From sequence record PP408249.1: DNA of 64,000 nt, one strand, 5' to 3'. Position numbers and translations under genes: made by a program. Shown piece by piece: positions 1-9,119 of this stretch (positions are counted from its first letter, which is position 1; each line of letters starts with the position of its first letter). The notes beneath the pieces are model-generated. The model had not been told where the DNA came from, ran no database searches, and saw only the letters and a program-made list of their open reading frames with translations.

Positions 1-38
1 TTTTTTTTAAAAATATAATTGTCAATTATATGTCGTAC

Positions 39-297
39 GCATCTACCCCGAAAAGGGGTAGATGTTTATGACTTTCGTTTACACTCATGTCATAATCAGT
101 ACACGCCATTTTAGGCCATTCTACATCAATACACTGCTAGAAGCAGTGTATTGGACATACAAAATAATCTTAAATTATATCAAATTTGTTTAATTACTTT
201 AATTTTGTTACTTTAGTAACTTGTATTTTGTTTATATGAGTTGTAGTTTACGAAAACGAATATAAACAAAATACATATGTGAACTGTAGTTCACATA
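39..297. repeat. Cluster of inverted repeats in AT-rich intergenic DNA
   Basis: Arms 39-49/55-65, 127-138/142-153, 222-237/260-275, 276-284/289-297. Confidence 0.8.
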
Positions 298-409
298 CTT
301 ACTAACGTTGTATATTACGGTAATTCTATAAAATATCTCTATATAATTATAAACGTTTTATGGCATACTACGACTGAACGAAATTGAAAATTAACTAGAG
401 ATTTAATTA

Positions 410-417
410 GATAAATA
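410..417 (+). promoter_or_regulatory. Late promoter (GATAAATA)
   Basis: Same octamer precedes many structural genes; variant of T4 TATAAATA. Confidence 0.6.
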
Positions 418-449
418 CTATTGTAAAAATTGTATAGAGGTATACATCA

Positions 450-902
450 ATGAACGATTACACACATTACACAGAGGAAGATTTCATATTTTTAGCATAT
501 GATTTAAATACTCAGCTTATAAATGATGGATATCCTGACGCTGCTGTAAAATTTATTACTAATCAGTTTATTTTAGAGCATAGACATCCTGACGAAATAA
601 AACGTTGTATAGGATGTAATTCTAAAATGTACGAAGATGTTATTGCTACTAAGAGAAATTTATCTGGTAAATCGCATTGCAGACATTGCGAATCGAAACT
701 TAGTATGTATAAGGAAGTTGTTAAGGAAGTAGCAAATACAACACAAATACTTCGCATACCAGAAAAACATTTAAATTCAGTTAAACGATTAATTAGAATA
801 TATAATGAGCAAAACAAAACTAGTGCATATCAGAGTATATTAGTTAAAACAAAGAAACTTAACACAGGAGTTTCTAAAAAGTCAAAAAGAAAGGGACGTT
901 AA
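450..902 (+). CDS. Hypothetical protein with putative zinc finger
   Basis: CIGC...CRHC, basic C-terminus, GAGG RBS. Confidence 0.7.
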   Translation: MNDYTHYTEEDFIFLAYDLNTQLINDGYPDAAVKFITNQFILEHRHPDEIKRCIGCNSKMYEDVIATKRNLSGKSHCRHCESKLSMYKEVVKEVANTTQILRIPEKHLNSVKRLIRIYNEQNKTSAYQSILVKTKKLNTGVSKKSKRKGR

Positions 903-918
903 TTGTCCCTTTCTTTTT
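884..918. terminator. Bidirectional intrinsic terminator
   Basis: AGAAAGGGAC/GTCCCTTTCT stem with A/T tracts between convergent genes. Confidence 0.75.
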
Positions 919-1138
919 ATAGGAAGCTTCTACCTGTTTCTGCTTCGATTTTTTGTTTAATAAATTCTCCTAAACGTACCCGCTCTTGATATGATAAAGA
1001 CCAAGCAGTGTGCCAGTCAAATCCATTAATTTTATCACATATTTGGACTATTTCGCCTTCTAATCCCAGTGATTCTTGTTCATATTCTTGTATAACGTTC
1101 CTAATATCATCTGGGGTTCCCGATACTAGGATTCTCTG
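917..1138 (-). CDS. Start-less 73-codon ORF, predicted -1 frameshift extension of the gp26-like protein (gp51-like position)
   Basis: QRILVSGTPDDIRNVIQEYEQESLGLEGEIVQICDKINGFDWHTAWSLSYQERVRLGEFIKQKIEAETGRSFL*; no in-frame ATG/GTG/TTG; opens at the slippery site. Confidence 0.7.
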   Translation of the reverse strand, partial: QRILVSGTPDDIRNVIQEYEQESLGLEGEIVQICDKINGFDWHTAWSLSYQERVRLGEFIKQKIEAETGRSFL

Positions 1139-1144
1139 AAAAAA
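1099..1144 (-). other. Programmed -1 ribosomal frameshift signal
   Basis: T TTT TTC (1144-1138), 6-nt spacer, 10-bp stem TCCTAGTATC/GATATTAGGA (1131-1122/1108-1099). Confidence 0.7.
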
Positions 1145-1980
1145 CTTACTGGGTTAAAATCTACAGGTACTACAAAACTTTTATTACAGTTGTCGCATAC
1201 TGCATCAAAGTCGCCATTAACTCCTACTTGATTTATTTCTTTTAAAAGACTATCTATTTTATTAACATCTGCTCTATCTATATTTGCTATAAATTCTTTT
1301 ATATCAGCCAGTGTCTGAGGAGTATTATTAACTATATCTATACCGTTAGTTTCATCTACAATACGAACTATTGTTTTTGCAATTAATTCGAAATTTAATG
1401 ATGACAGTTCATTTATTGTGTTAGAAAAGGCAGAAAGTTTTTCTTCATCTGAATACATATCGCTTTGCATTATTCTAATAAATTTTGCTTGTTCTAATGC
1501 AGTTTTTGCAACTGTCATATTATCTGAAAAATCATATGGTCTAATAAATATAGATAGACCGTTATCAAGATTCACGACGTATTGATCTTCTAAATAAGTG
1601 GACGTATTAATAACATTTAATAAGTCTATTCCATATAAATTTTTATGATTACAGTGCGGGCACGTAGAAGAAATATCTATTGTGTTACCGTATGATGCTG
1701 CTTTTATAGCAACACATATCATATGAATGTCATTAATCAAGAGTTTATTTACATCTTTAATTCCCGGTACACAACTCTTAATTACTTCTTTTAAGCCTTC
1801 GCCGTTCACTAATGCATCAGGATTTTTTATTAATACTTCATCTTTTCCTGTCATAGCATATACCCCTAGTTCTCCGGAATCGGTGTATTCTACAACATTT
1901 GATGGATAAAATGAATTTCCGCTGGGCAAACGAATATAAGATTTGAATGTTCTGTAATATTGATGTAATTTGTTGCTCAT
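1126..1980 (-). CDS. gp26: T4 gp26-like baseplate hub / tail assembly protein
   Basis: AMTGKDE...NPDAL.NG...SCVP, ASYG, CPHC and CDNC zinc pairs typical of gp26-like proteins. Confidence 0.75.
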   Translation of the reverse strand: MSNKLHQYYRTFKSYIRLPSGNSFYPSNVVEYTDSGELGVYAMTGKDEVLIKNPDALVNGEGLKEVIKSCVPGIKDVNKLLINDIHMICVAIKAASYGNTIDISSTCPHCNHKNLYGIDLLNVINTSTYLEDQYVVNLDNGLSIFIRPYDFSDNMTVAKTALEQAKFIRIMQSDMYSDEEKLSAFSNTINELSSLNFELIAKTIVRIVDETNGIDIVNNTPQTLADIKEFIANIDRADVNKIDSLLKEINQVGVNGDFDAVCDNCNKSFVVPVDFNPVSFFRES

Positions 1981-1999
1981 AATGTGTATATGCTCTTTT

Positions 2000-2027
2000 G
2001 ATAAATATGCTATATACCGTATTTATC
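2000..2027. promoter_or_regulatory. Overlapping divergent late promoters
   Basis: GATAAATA at 2000-2007 (+) and its complement TATTTATC at 2020-2027 (-). Confidence 0.7.
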
Positions 2028-2049
2028 ATAGCATTTTATAGAGGTTCTT

Positions 2050-4446
2050 GTGGCAGAAGATATTAGAATTGTTGGCGTTGATCCTAGTGTCCCAGGCTGG
2101 GCTAGAGAAGAAACTCTTAATAAAATAGTATCTGAGTTAAAAAAACTCAATGGATCTAATACAAGAGAAAACGACGAACTAAAAGATGCAGTAGATGAAC
2201 TAGTTAGGGTAACCCGTAGATCTAACGAAGATACATCTAGAACAGATAATAACACTGAAATAAAAGAAGCATTAAATAGATTATCTTCTTCGTTAAAACA
2301 ACAGAAAAAATCTGATAATTCTTTATCTGCAAAGCAAGGTGGAAACAAACCTCCCGTATTGCCGCCTGACAATAAGAAATCTAAATTAGATACAGATACT
2401 ATAGGCGCATTTATTACTGCCGTCGGTACTGCTTCAAAGGCAGTAGCAAAATTTACTTTAAGTATGGCATCTTTTGCAGTTGGCGGAAGTATATATGCTG
2501 CATTAAAGCAAGCTGCATCGTCGCAACTTACTTTATCTAGAGATTTATATAAATCAGGTTGGAACTTCGGAACGGTATTAGACGATGCATCTGGTATTAT
2601 TAAATCTACCAACTTAGACGGTATTTCGTATGCCATAAAAGGTTTAGGTATAAATTCATCTGCACTATCTGAAGTATTAAAAGGCAATGAATTAGCAATA
2701 CAAAAATACGGAATAAAATCGTTTGTAGATTTGTCTTCTAGCTTAAAAAGACAAGGCAATAGCTTAGGTATGTCTTTAAAAGAAACAGCAGATTATGTAG
2801 GAGAATATTTAGAATCTCAACGTTTAATGGGTACATTTGATAAAATGCGCCAAGTAAACATGACTGCCCTTGCATCTAAAGCACTTAAAGATACCCAAGC
2901 ATTTGCTACTGCGTTAAGAATGTCTACAGAAGACCTTCAGGCAAAAATGAATGAAAGTTTAAAAGATGTAGACTTTCGTGTAGCAATAGAATCAGTTAAC
3001 GCAAATTCTAAAGAAGCCGCTGCCCAAATTTATGCTGCTTTGCCGGAACAATTGCAAACTATGTTTAAGGTAGCTCTTAAAGATACTCCGTCTTTTATGG
3101 CATCTAAAGAATACGCCGATTTGATAAAATCTGGACAAGGAGAATTAGCTAGACAAATAATTGCAGTATCATCTGGACTGAAATCTGGTAATATAACTAA
3201 CGGTCAGGCAGATGATGCAATGAAACGACTTATAAAATCTACTAGTTTTGCAGAAAGTACAATGCGTAGACTTGCTATGCTAGATGCTCGTGGACTAATA
3301 GATAGTAATGTTGCCGCTGCTGCGTATGGATTAAAAGACCTTAGAGATAAAATGGATGGTCATTATGAAGGAATCCAAAATACAGAAGCTACAAATTTAG
3401 CAAAAGTCGAAGATGTAAGAAATAGAGCATTGGCTGTATTAGATACGTTTGTATCATCTATAATGAGGGCAGGATTCGAATCTGATGAATTTGCTAAATT
3501 ATTAGATAATGCAAATGAAATGTTAAAAACAATTCATAATACAGCAGAAGACTTAGGTAAACAATTAGGTCCGGAATTATTTAAATTTGTTAACAATGCT
3601 ATGGAATATCTAAATGGTTTATTTAGTAAAGATGTAGCAGGAAATATAAATGTAAATTATTCTAAAATAATAGGAGATATTTTAACAAGTTCCGGTGCTG
3701 CTATAGTAGTTGGCGTTCTTGCTATTATGACTACATTTAAAGGTGTTGTTATTTCTTCGTTATCGTCGTGGCTTAAAGGTGCATCGGGACCTATGTCATC
3801 ATTAGGTGGCACAGTAAAAACTATAGCAGGAAGATTAGGGGCATTTGCAGCACTAGCAGTATCGTTTACGAATGGAATAGGTAGATTAAGTCAATCAATT
3901 TCAGATGGCGGTGATGCAATAGAATCTGCATTGAATTTTTTATCAGGCGCAGGCGAAGGTATAATAGATCCTGTGTTTAAATCCCTTACATGGGCAGCTA
4001 ACAAATTAGGTATAGTATCTGATGAAGCAGCTGATGGATTTAGTAAATACATCAGTGATACTAATTTGCAACAGTTCTTGGGTCTACAAGATATACCTAT
4101 AAAAGTAGAAACTACTAATAAACCTGCATATACACCACCCGGACCTACTGCTACTAAAACATCTGCATACGGTAAAATAGAAACTCCGAAAGCTCCTGCT
4201 ATAATTCCTACAGCTCAGCCAGATGTAGCAGACGCAGCAAAACAAAGTCCTACTCCTGTAGATCCTACTAGCAATATAAAGCCTATAGAAAATACAGGAA
4301 TGAGTTCTCAAGACATGCTAAATAGAAGTACAGATAAACTTATACGTTTACAAGAAGAACAAATACGACAGTTACAAGAGCTTGTAGATATTCAGCGCAG
4401 AGCATTAGCTGCTACTAGAGAAACTGGATTTACAAGAACTAGGTAA
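2050..4446 (+). CDS. Tape-measure-like tail protein
   Basis: 798 aa, helical Ala/Gly/Ser-rich, hydrophobic segments, N-terminal P.WA.E.TL motif, GTG start with GAGG RBS. Confidence 0.6.
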   Translation: MAEDIRIVGVDPSVPGWAREETLNKIVSELKKLNGSNTRENDELKDAVDELVRVTRRSNEDTSRTDNNTEIKEALNRLSSSLKQQKKSDNSLSAKQGGNKPPVLPPDNKKSKLDTDTIGAFITAVGTASKAVAKFTLSMASFAVGGSIYAALKQAASSQLTLSRDLYKSGWNFGTVLDDASGIIKSTNLDGISYAIKGLGINSSALSEVLKGNELAIQKYGIKSFVDLSSSLKRQGNSLGMSLKETADYVGEYLESQRLMGTFDKMRQVNMTALASKALKDTQAFATALRMSTEDLQAKMNESLKDVDFRVAIESVNANSKEAAAQIYAALPEQLQTMFKVALKDTPSFMASKEYADLIKSGQGELARQIIAVSSGLKSGNITNGQADDAMKRLIKSTSFAESTMRRLAMLDARGLIDSNVAAAAYGLKDLRDKMDGHYEGIQNTEATNLAKVEDVRNRALAVLDTFVSSIMRAGFESDEFAKLLDNANEMLKTIHNTAEDLGKQLGPELFKFVNNAMEYLNGLFSKDVAGNINVNYSKIIGDILTSSGAAIVVGVLAIMTTFKGVVISSLSSWLKGASGPMSSLGGTVKTIAGRLGAFAALAVSFTNGIGRLSQSISDGGDAIESALNFLSGAGEGIIDPVFKSLTWAANKLGIVSDEAADGFSKYISDTNLQQFLGLQDIPIKVETTNKPAYTPPGPTATKTSAYGKIETPKAPAIIPTAQPDVADAAKQSPTPVDPTSNIKPIENTGMSSQDMLNRSTDKLIRLQEEQIRQLQELVDIQRRALAATRETGFTRTR

Positions 4447-4475
4447 TAAACACAATATATATTGAGATAGAGTAC

Positions 4476-6191
4476 ATGTCTAGTTGGAAAAAACATTTTA
4501 AGCCTGCATCAAATTCAGCGCTGCCTATACAAACTAAAAATACATCTGGTTATGCTTCTGCTGTTTCAAAATATAACACATGGCTTCCTGAAGTTTATAT
4601 GGGTCCGCCTAACAGATTGGAGCGGTACATTCAATATGAACAAATGGATCTTGATCACGAAGTAAACACTGCATTAGATACTATAGCAGAGTTTTCCACA
4701 CAACCGGACGGTGTAACCGGGTTGCCATTAAATATAAAATTTATAGAAGAACCTACTGAAACAGAATTAAAAATTTTAACAAAAAGCTTAAAAAGATGGA
4801 TACATCTTAATAAGTTTGAAGATAGGCTTTTTGGTATTTTTAGATCTACAATAATGTATGGAGATCAATTCTTTATAAGAGATCCAGAAACTTACGAATT
4901 ATATTGGGTAGACCCGCACAAAGTAGAAAAAATAATTGTTAACGAAAGCAAAGGAAAAGAAATAGAGACCTATTTCATTAAAGATGTCGATTTAAATACT
5001 GCAGAGTTAGTAGGATCTAATGTAACTAATAAAATACAAATAGGATACGGAAACACAGCATCTGCTTTCCCCCAAGCAACTATGGGAATAAATCCTGCAG
5101 GACCATACGCATCTGCAAATAATCCTAGTCAGAATGGCTCGTTAGCTAACAGCGAAGCTATGCCGATAAATGCAAAGCATATAGTTCATTTTTCTATGAC
5201 AGAAGGTATGAATTCTGCGTGGCCATTTGGTACTAGTGAATTAGAGACTATATTTAAAGTATATAAGCAAAAAGAAATGCTTGAAGATGCAATGCTTATA
5301 TATAGAATTCATCGCGCACCAGAAAGACGCGTGTTTATTATTGACACAGGTAACTTACCTCCTAACAAAGCTCAGCAAGTGTTAGAGCGCGTTAAATATG
5401 AAGTACAACAAAAAAGGATTCCTAATAAAACTGGCGGCGGAAGTAATATTCTAGACTCGTCATATAACCCTCTTTCTACTCTTGAAGATTATTATTTTGC
5501 TCAGTCAGCAGACGGCAGAGGATCGAAAGTAGATGTTTTACCGGGAGGTTCTAATCTAGGCGAAATAGATGATATGCGTTATTTTAATAATAAAATGATG
5601 CGTGCGTTAGGAGTTCCTAGTTCGTATCTGCCTACAGGACCCGATGATGGTACAGCAGGGTATAATGACGGAAGAGTAGGAACTGCATATATACAAGAAT
5701 TTAGATTTAGTGAAAGATGCAAAAGACATCAACGCCAAATAGTAAAAACATTAGATAAAGAATTTAAACTATATCTTAAGTTTAGTGGTATTACTATAGA
5801 CAATAGTATATTTAATATAACATTTGTAGAGCCACAAAATTTTGCTAAATATCGACAAATAGATATGGATTCTGCTCAAGTTGCAGTTTTCAATGGGATT
5901 GCTGATGTCCCCTACATAAGTAAGCGGTTTGCATTAAAACGTTATTTAGGTTGGGGAGAAGCTGAAATTCTAGAAAACGAAAAGATGTATGCAGAAGAAC
6001 AGAGTCTTAAAAACAAACGTGGTAAAAAAGCTGATGCTGGTATGAGACAAGTGGGTATTTCGCCAGCTGCGCTAGCTGGTGTTGGGGAGTTTGATACCAG
6101 TGCAGTTAGTGATAGTTCTGACTTCGGTGGCGACGATATAGTCGATGATATCGATTTAGATCAAACAGTAGAAGACTTTGGGAAAGAATAA
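4476..6191 (+). CDS. gp20: Portal protein
   Basis: EDAMLIYRIHRAPERRVFIID.GNLP and EDYYF...GRGSKVDVLPGG.NLGEIDD motifs of T4 gp20. Confidence 0.97.
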   Translation: MSSWKKHFKPASNSALPIQTKNTSGYASAVSKYNTWLPEVYMGPPNRLERYIQYEQMDLDHEVNTALDTIAEFSTQPDGVTGLPLNIKFIEEPTETELKILTKSLKRWIHLNKFEDRLFGIFRSTIMYGDQFFIRDPETYELYWVDPHKVEKIIVNESKGKEIETYFIKDVDLNTAELVGSNVTNKIQIGYGNTASAFPQATMGINPAGPYASANNPSQNGSLANSEAMPINAKHIVHFSMTEGMNSAWPFGTSELETIFKVYKQKEMLEDAMLIYRIHRAPERRVFIIDTGNLPPNKAQQVLERVKYEVQQKRIPNKTGGGSNILDSSYNPLSTLEDYYFAQSADGRGSKVDVLPGGSNLGEIDDMRYFNNKMMRALGVPSSYLPTGPDDGTAGYNDGRVGTAYIQEFRFSERCKRHQRQIVKTLDKEFKLYLKFSGITIDNSIFNITFVEPQNFAKYRQIDMDSAQVAVFNGIADVPYISKRFALKRYLGWGEAEILENEKMYAEEQSLKNKRGKKADAGMRQVGISPAALAGVGEFDTSAVSDSSDFGGDDIVDDIDLDQTVEDFGKE

Positions 6192-6412
6192 TGAAAATAA
6201 ACGATATTATAACAGAAGGTTATTATAATCCTGCAGACGATTCTAGTGCAATTGCACATAAGTCAGACACACGTAGACCTAGACTAACATTTTCTCATTT
6301 AAATAAGCTTAGAAAAATGAGAGAATTGCGTAAAGTGGAAACAGAAGAACATTTAGTGTTAGTTAGACAAATGTATAGCCAACCGATACAATCGGACGAT
6401 GCATTTGGATAA
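6191..6412 (+). CDS. Small prohead-associated protein (gp68 position)
   Basis: Between portal and core gene; RRPRLT..LNKLRKMRE motif. Confidence 0.6.
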   Translation: MKINDIITEGYYNPADDSSAIAHKSDTRRPRLTFSHLNKLRKMRELRKVETEEHLVLVRQMYSQPIQSDDAFG

Positions 6413-6435
6413 AATTTCTAAAAATGTTAGTTTTT

Positions 6436-6457
6436 GGGGCATAAATGCCCCTTTTTT
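6436..6457 (+). terminator. Intrinsic terminator
   Basis: GGGGCAT/ATGCCCC stem + T tract. Confidence 0.75.
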
Positions 6458-6478
6458 AATATTAAGTGTAAATACCGA

Positions 6479-6486
6479 TATAAATA
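6479..6486 (+). promoter_or_regulatory. Late promoter (TATAAATA)
   Basis: Exact T4 late consensus upstream of core gene. Confidence 0.65.
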
Positions 6487-6517
6487 ATATACAACGTTTT
6501 CCTAAAGGAGTAAAAAC

Positions 6518-7330
6518 ATGTCTCATCGTAAGGAACTAGAAAAAGTTCTAGATCTTCTACTAAATGAAAATGCAGAACAAGCTTCGGCTTTATTACATCA
6601 AATTGTTGTAGCTAAAGCTCGTGATATTTACGAACAAGAATCTGCAGATTTTGAAGAAGATTTTGTAAATGAAGAAGTAGGTGGCGACAGCCGCGAATCG
6701 TTTATTGACGACATTAAATCTGACGAAGAAGAAATCGATGCAGATGAAATGTTTGATGATCAGTCTAGCGAATTAAATTCTGAAGATGAAGAAGAAGCTG
6801 ATGTTGATCAAGATATAGAAGATAAAGTAGAAGATCTAGAAGCTCAGTTAGCTGCATTAAAAGCAGAATTTGAAACTCTAGTAAGTCAAGAAGAAGATGA
6901 ACCGTATCATCCTAATTTAGAACAAGATTTAGATGATGCTGCCGCTGATGCCTTAGAAAAATTTGAAAGTTTAGAAGAAGCAACTAAGTTTAGTGATTCT
7001 GTAAACGTAGATATGAAACAAGAAGGTAAATTAGCAGGAACAGGTAATAAAAGTAAAACTGGTTCTGTAGATAAAGAATCACCTTTTAGCAAACCTACTC
7101 AAAAGAAAAATTACGGAGTAGATCCTGTTAAATTTGCTAAATCTACTAATCAAGGCGCCGAAGCTTCAAAAAAAGCAGACGAATCGTGTGATTTGAATAC
7201 AGAAGCTACTCCTGAAAAAGTTAGCGATCCTGCAATGAAACAAGAAGGTAAATTAGCAGGAACAGGTAATAAAAGTAAAACTGGTTCTGTAGATAAAGAA
7301 TCACCCCTATCTAAAGCACCTAAGAAGTAA
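6518..7330 (+). CDS. Acidic prohead core protein (gp67-like position)
   Basis: Very D/E-rich, between portal and protease. Confidence 0.6.
   Translation: MSHRKELEKVLDLLLNENAEQASALLHQIVVAKARDIYEQESADFEEDFVNEEVGGDSRESFIDDIKSDEEEIDADEMFDDQSSELNSEDEEEADVDQDIEDKVEDLEAQLAALKAEFETLVSQEEDEPYHPNLEQDLDDAAADALEKFESLEEATKFSDSVNVDMKQEGKLAGTGNKSKTGSVDKESPFSKPTQKKNYGVDPVKFAKSTNQGAEASKKADESCDLNTEATPEKVSDPAMKQEGKLAGTGNKSKTGSVDKESPLSKAPKK
7013..7305 (+). repeat. Exact 71-bp direct repeat within core gene
   Basis: 7013-7083 = 7235-7305, encoding MKQEGKLAGTGNKSKTGSVDKESP twice. Confidence 0.95.
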
Positions 7331-7348
7331 TTTAGGATAAGTATAAGT

Positions 7349-7981
7349 ATGGCTAGACAGCTTTACGAATATATGTCCCAATCTAAGGGATCGATAATAA
7401 TAGAACACGGCACCGGACCTGACGGTGCTCGTGATCTATTCATGCGCGGAATATTTATTCAAGGTGATGTAAAAAATCATAATCAGCGCATCTATCCCCT
7501 ACATGAAATATCTCATGCAGTTGAATCAGTAAAAGCAAAAATACAGGAAGGGTTTTCTGTTTTAGGAGAACTCGACCATCCAGAAGAATTAACTATTAAT
7601 TTAGACAGAGTGTCTCATATAATCACAGAAATGTGGATGGAAGGCAACTGCGGCTACGGCAAATTAAAATTATTAGATACTCCTACTGGAATTATTGCTA
7701 AAAGCTTATTAACTGCCGGAGCCAAATTGGGCGTAAGTTCTCGCGGCTCAGGTAATGTAGGTTATGACGGTGTAGTGAGCGACTTTGATATTGTAACAGT
7801 TGACATTGTTGCACAACCGAGCGCGCCTAATGCATATCCTAAACCTATATATGAAAGTTTATACAACATGAAAGGCGGCGAAATCATTATGGATTTAGCC
7901 CGTAACACACCACAGGATCCTAGTGCAGATAAATATCTCAGTAGGGAAATAATAAAACTTATATCCGAATTGAAAAAATAG
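7349..7981 (+). CDS. gp21: Prohead protease
   Basis: GELDHP, LGVSSRGSG, DIVAQPSAPNAY motifs. Confidence 0.95.
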   Translation: MARQLYEYMSQSKGSIIIEHGTGPDGARDLFMRGIFIQGDVKNHNQRIYPLHEISHAVESVKAKIQEGFSVLGELDHPEELTINLDRVSHIITEMWMEGNCGYGKLKLLDTPTGIIAKSLLTAGAKLGVSSRGSGNVGYDGVVSDFDIVTVDIVAQPSAPNAYPKPIYESLYNMKGGEIIMDLARNTPQDPSADKYLSREIIKLISELKK

Positions 7982-7993
7982 TAGGAGATTTAA

Positions 7994-9100
7994 ATGACAG
8001 TGAAGTTCGAACATATCCTAAACGAACAAACTTCTTTAAGTGCAGAAGTAAAATCTGCTATTACAGAAGCATGGGAAGCTCGTATAGGACAAGTAAAAGA
8101 AGAACTCACTGCTGAGCTTCGTGAAGAATTTGCTCGTAAGTTTGCACACGACAAAGAACAACTTGTCGAAGCAATGGACAAATTCTTAGAAGAAAAAATC
8201 CGCAGTGAAATCGAAGAATTTGCTCAAGACAAACGAGAACTAGCTGCCGAACGAGTTCAAGCTAAAATGCAAGTAAAAGAACATATCGAAATGCTCGATA
8301 AGTTCTTAATAGATGCAGTTTCTAAAGAAGTCAAAGAACTTCGTGAAGATCGCCGTGCAATTAAAGGCAATCTAGAGAAATTAGAAGAGTTTGCACTCAC
8401 TAATCTTGCAACTGAAGTTAAAGAGCTTCGGGAAGAAAAGCAAGCATTAGTTCGTCAGAAAGTTAAATTAATAAGTGAAGCAAAAAAACAATTAGCAGAA
8501 ACTAAAAAGCAGTTCATAAAGAAAGCGTCGCAAATAGTAGACACAAACATTAACAGCGTATTGCAAGAAGAAATAAAGCAATATAAAGAAGATATTGATG
8601 CTGCTCGTCGAAATGACTTTGGACGTCGTTTATTTGAAGCTTTTGCTGCAGAGTACATGACTTCGCATCTAAACGAAGGTAGTGAACTTAAGAAACTCAA
8701 AAATATTCTTATACAAAAAGAAGAAGCCCTTAATGAAGCTTTATCTCATGTAGAAGAACGTGAAGCACTTGCAGAAAATCTACGCACTCGCATTTCTGTA
8801 TTAGAAGAGCGTGTTAAACGTAGCTCTGTAATGTCTGAATTGTTAGCTCCGCTAAATAAAGAAAAGCGTAGCGTAATGCAAGATCTTTTAGAGTCTGTAA
8901 AAACAGAACATTTAAAAGTTGCATATAACAAATATTTGCCAGCAGTGCTAGATTGTAGTGCAGCACCGGCAAGTAAAAAAGAAGCTCTAACTGAGTCAGC
9001 AAGAGCTGTAAAAACTGGTAACAGGGCGTCTAGCGTTGCCCAGCAAGATGACTCATCTGTAGGCGTTGATGAATTAAGACGCCTAGCAGGCATTAAGTAA
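7994..9100 (+). CDS. gp22: Prohead scaffolding protein
   Basis: Coiled-coil, between protease and capsid gene, C-terminal ELRRLAGIK. Confidence 0.85.
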   Translation: MTVKFEHILNEQTSLSAEVKSAITEAWEARIGQVKEELTAELREEFARKFAHDKEQLVEAMDKFLEEKIRSEIEEFAQDKRELAAERVQAKMQVKEHIEMLDKFLIDAVSKEVKELREDRRAIKGNLEKLEEFALTNLATEVKELREEKQALVRQKVKLISEAKKQLAETKKQFIKKASQIVDTNINSVLQEEIKQYKEDIDAARRNDFGRRLFEAFAAEYMTSHLNEGSELKKLKNILIQKEEALNEALSHVEEREALAENLRTRISVLEERVKRSSVMSELLAPLNKEKRSVMQDLLESVKTEHLKVAYNKYLPAVLDCSAAPASKKEALTESARAVKTGNRASSVAQQDDSSVGVDELRRLAGIK

Positions 9101-9119
9101 TTAGGAGAATAACTTAAAA

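Noticed and set aside
2010-2759. 249-aa minus-strand ORF and similar antisense ORFs (e.g. 8746-9093, 39898-40575)
   Set aside because: Shadows of well-supported genes on the opposite strand, with no motifs
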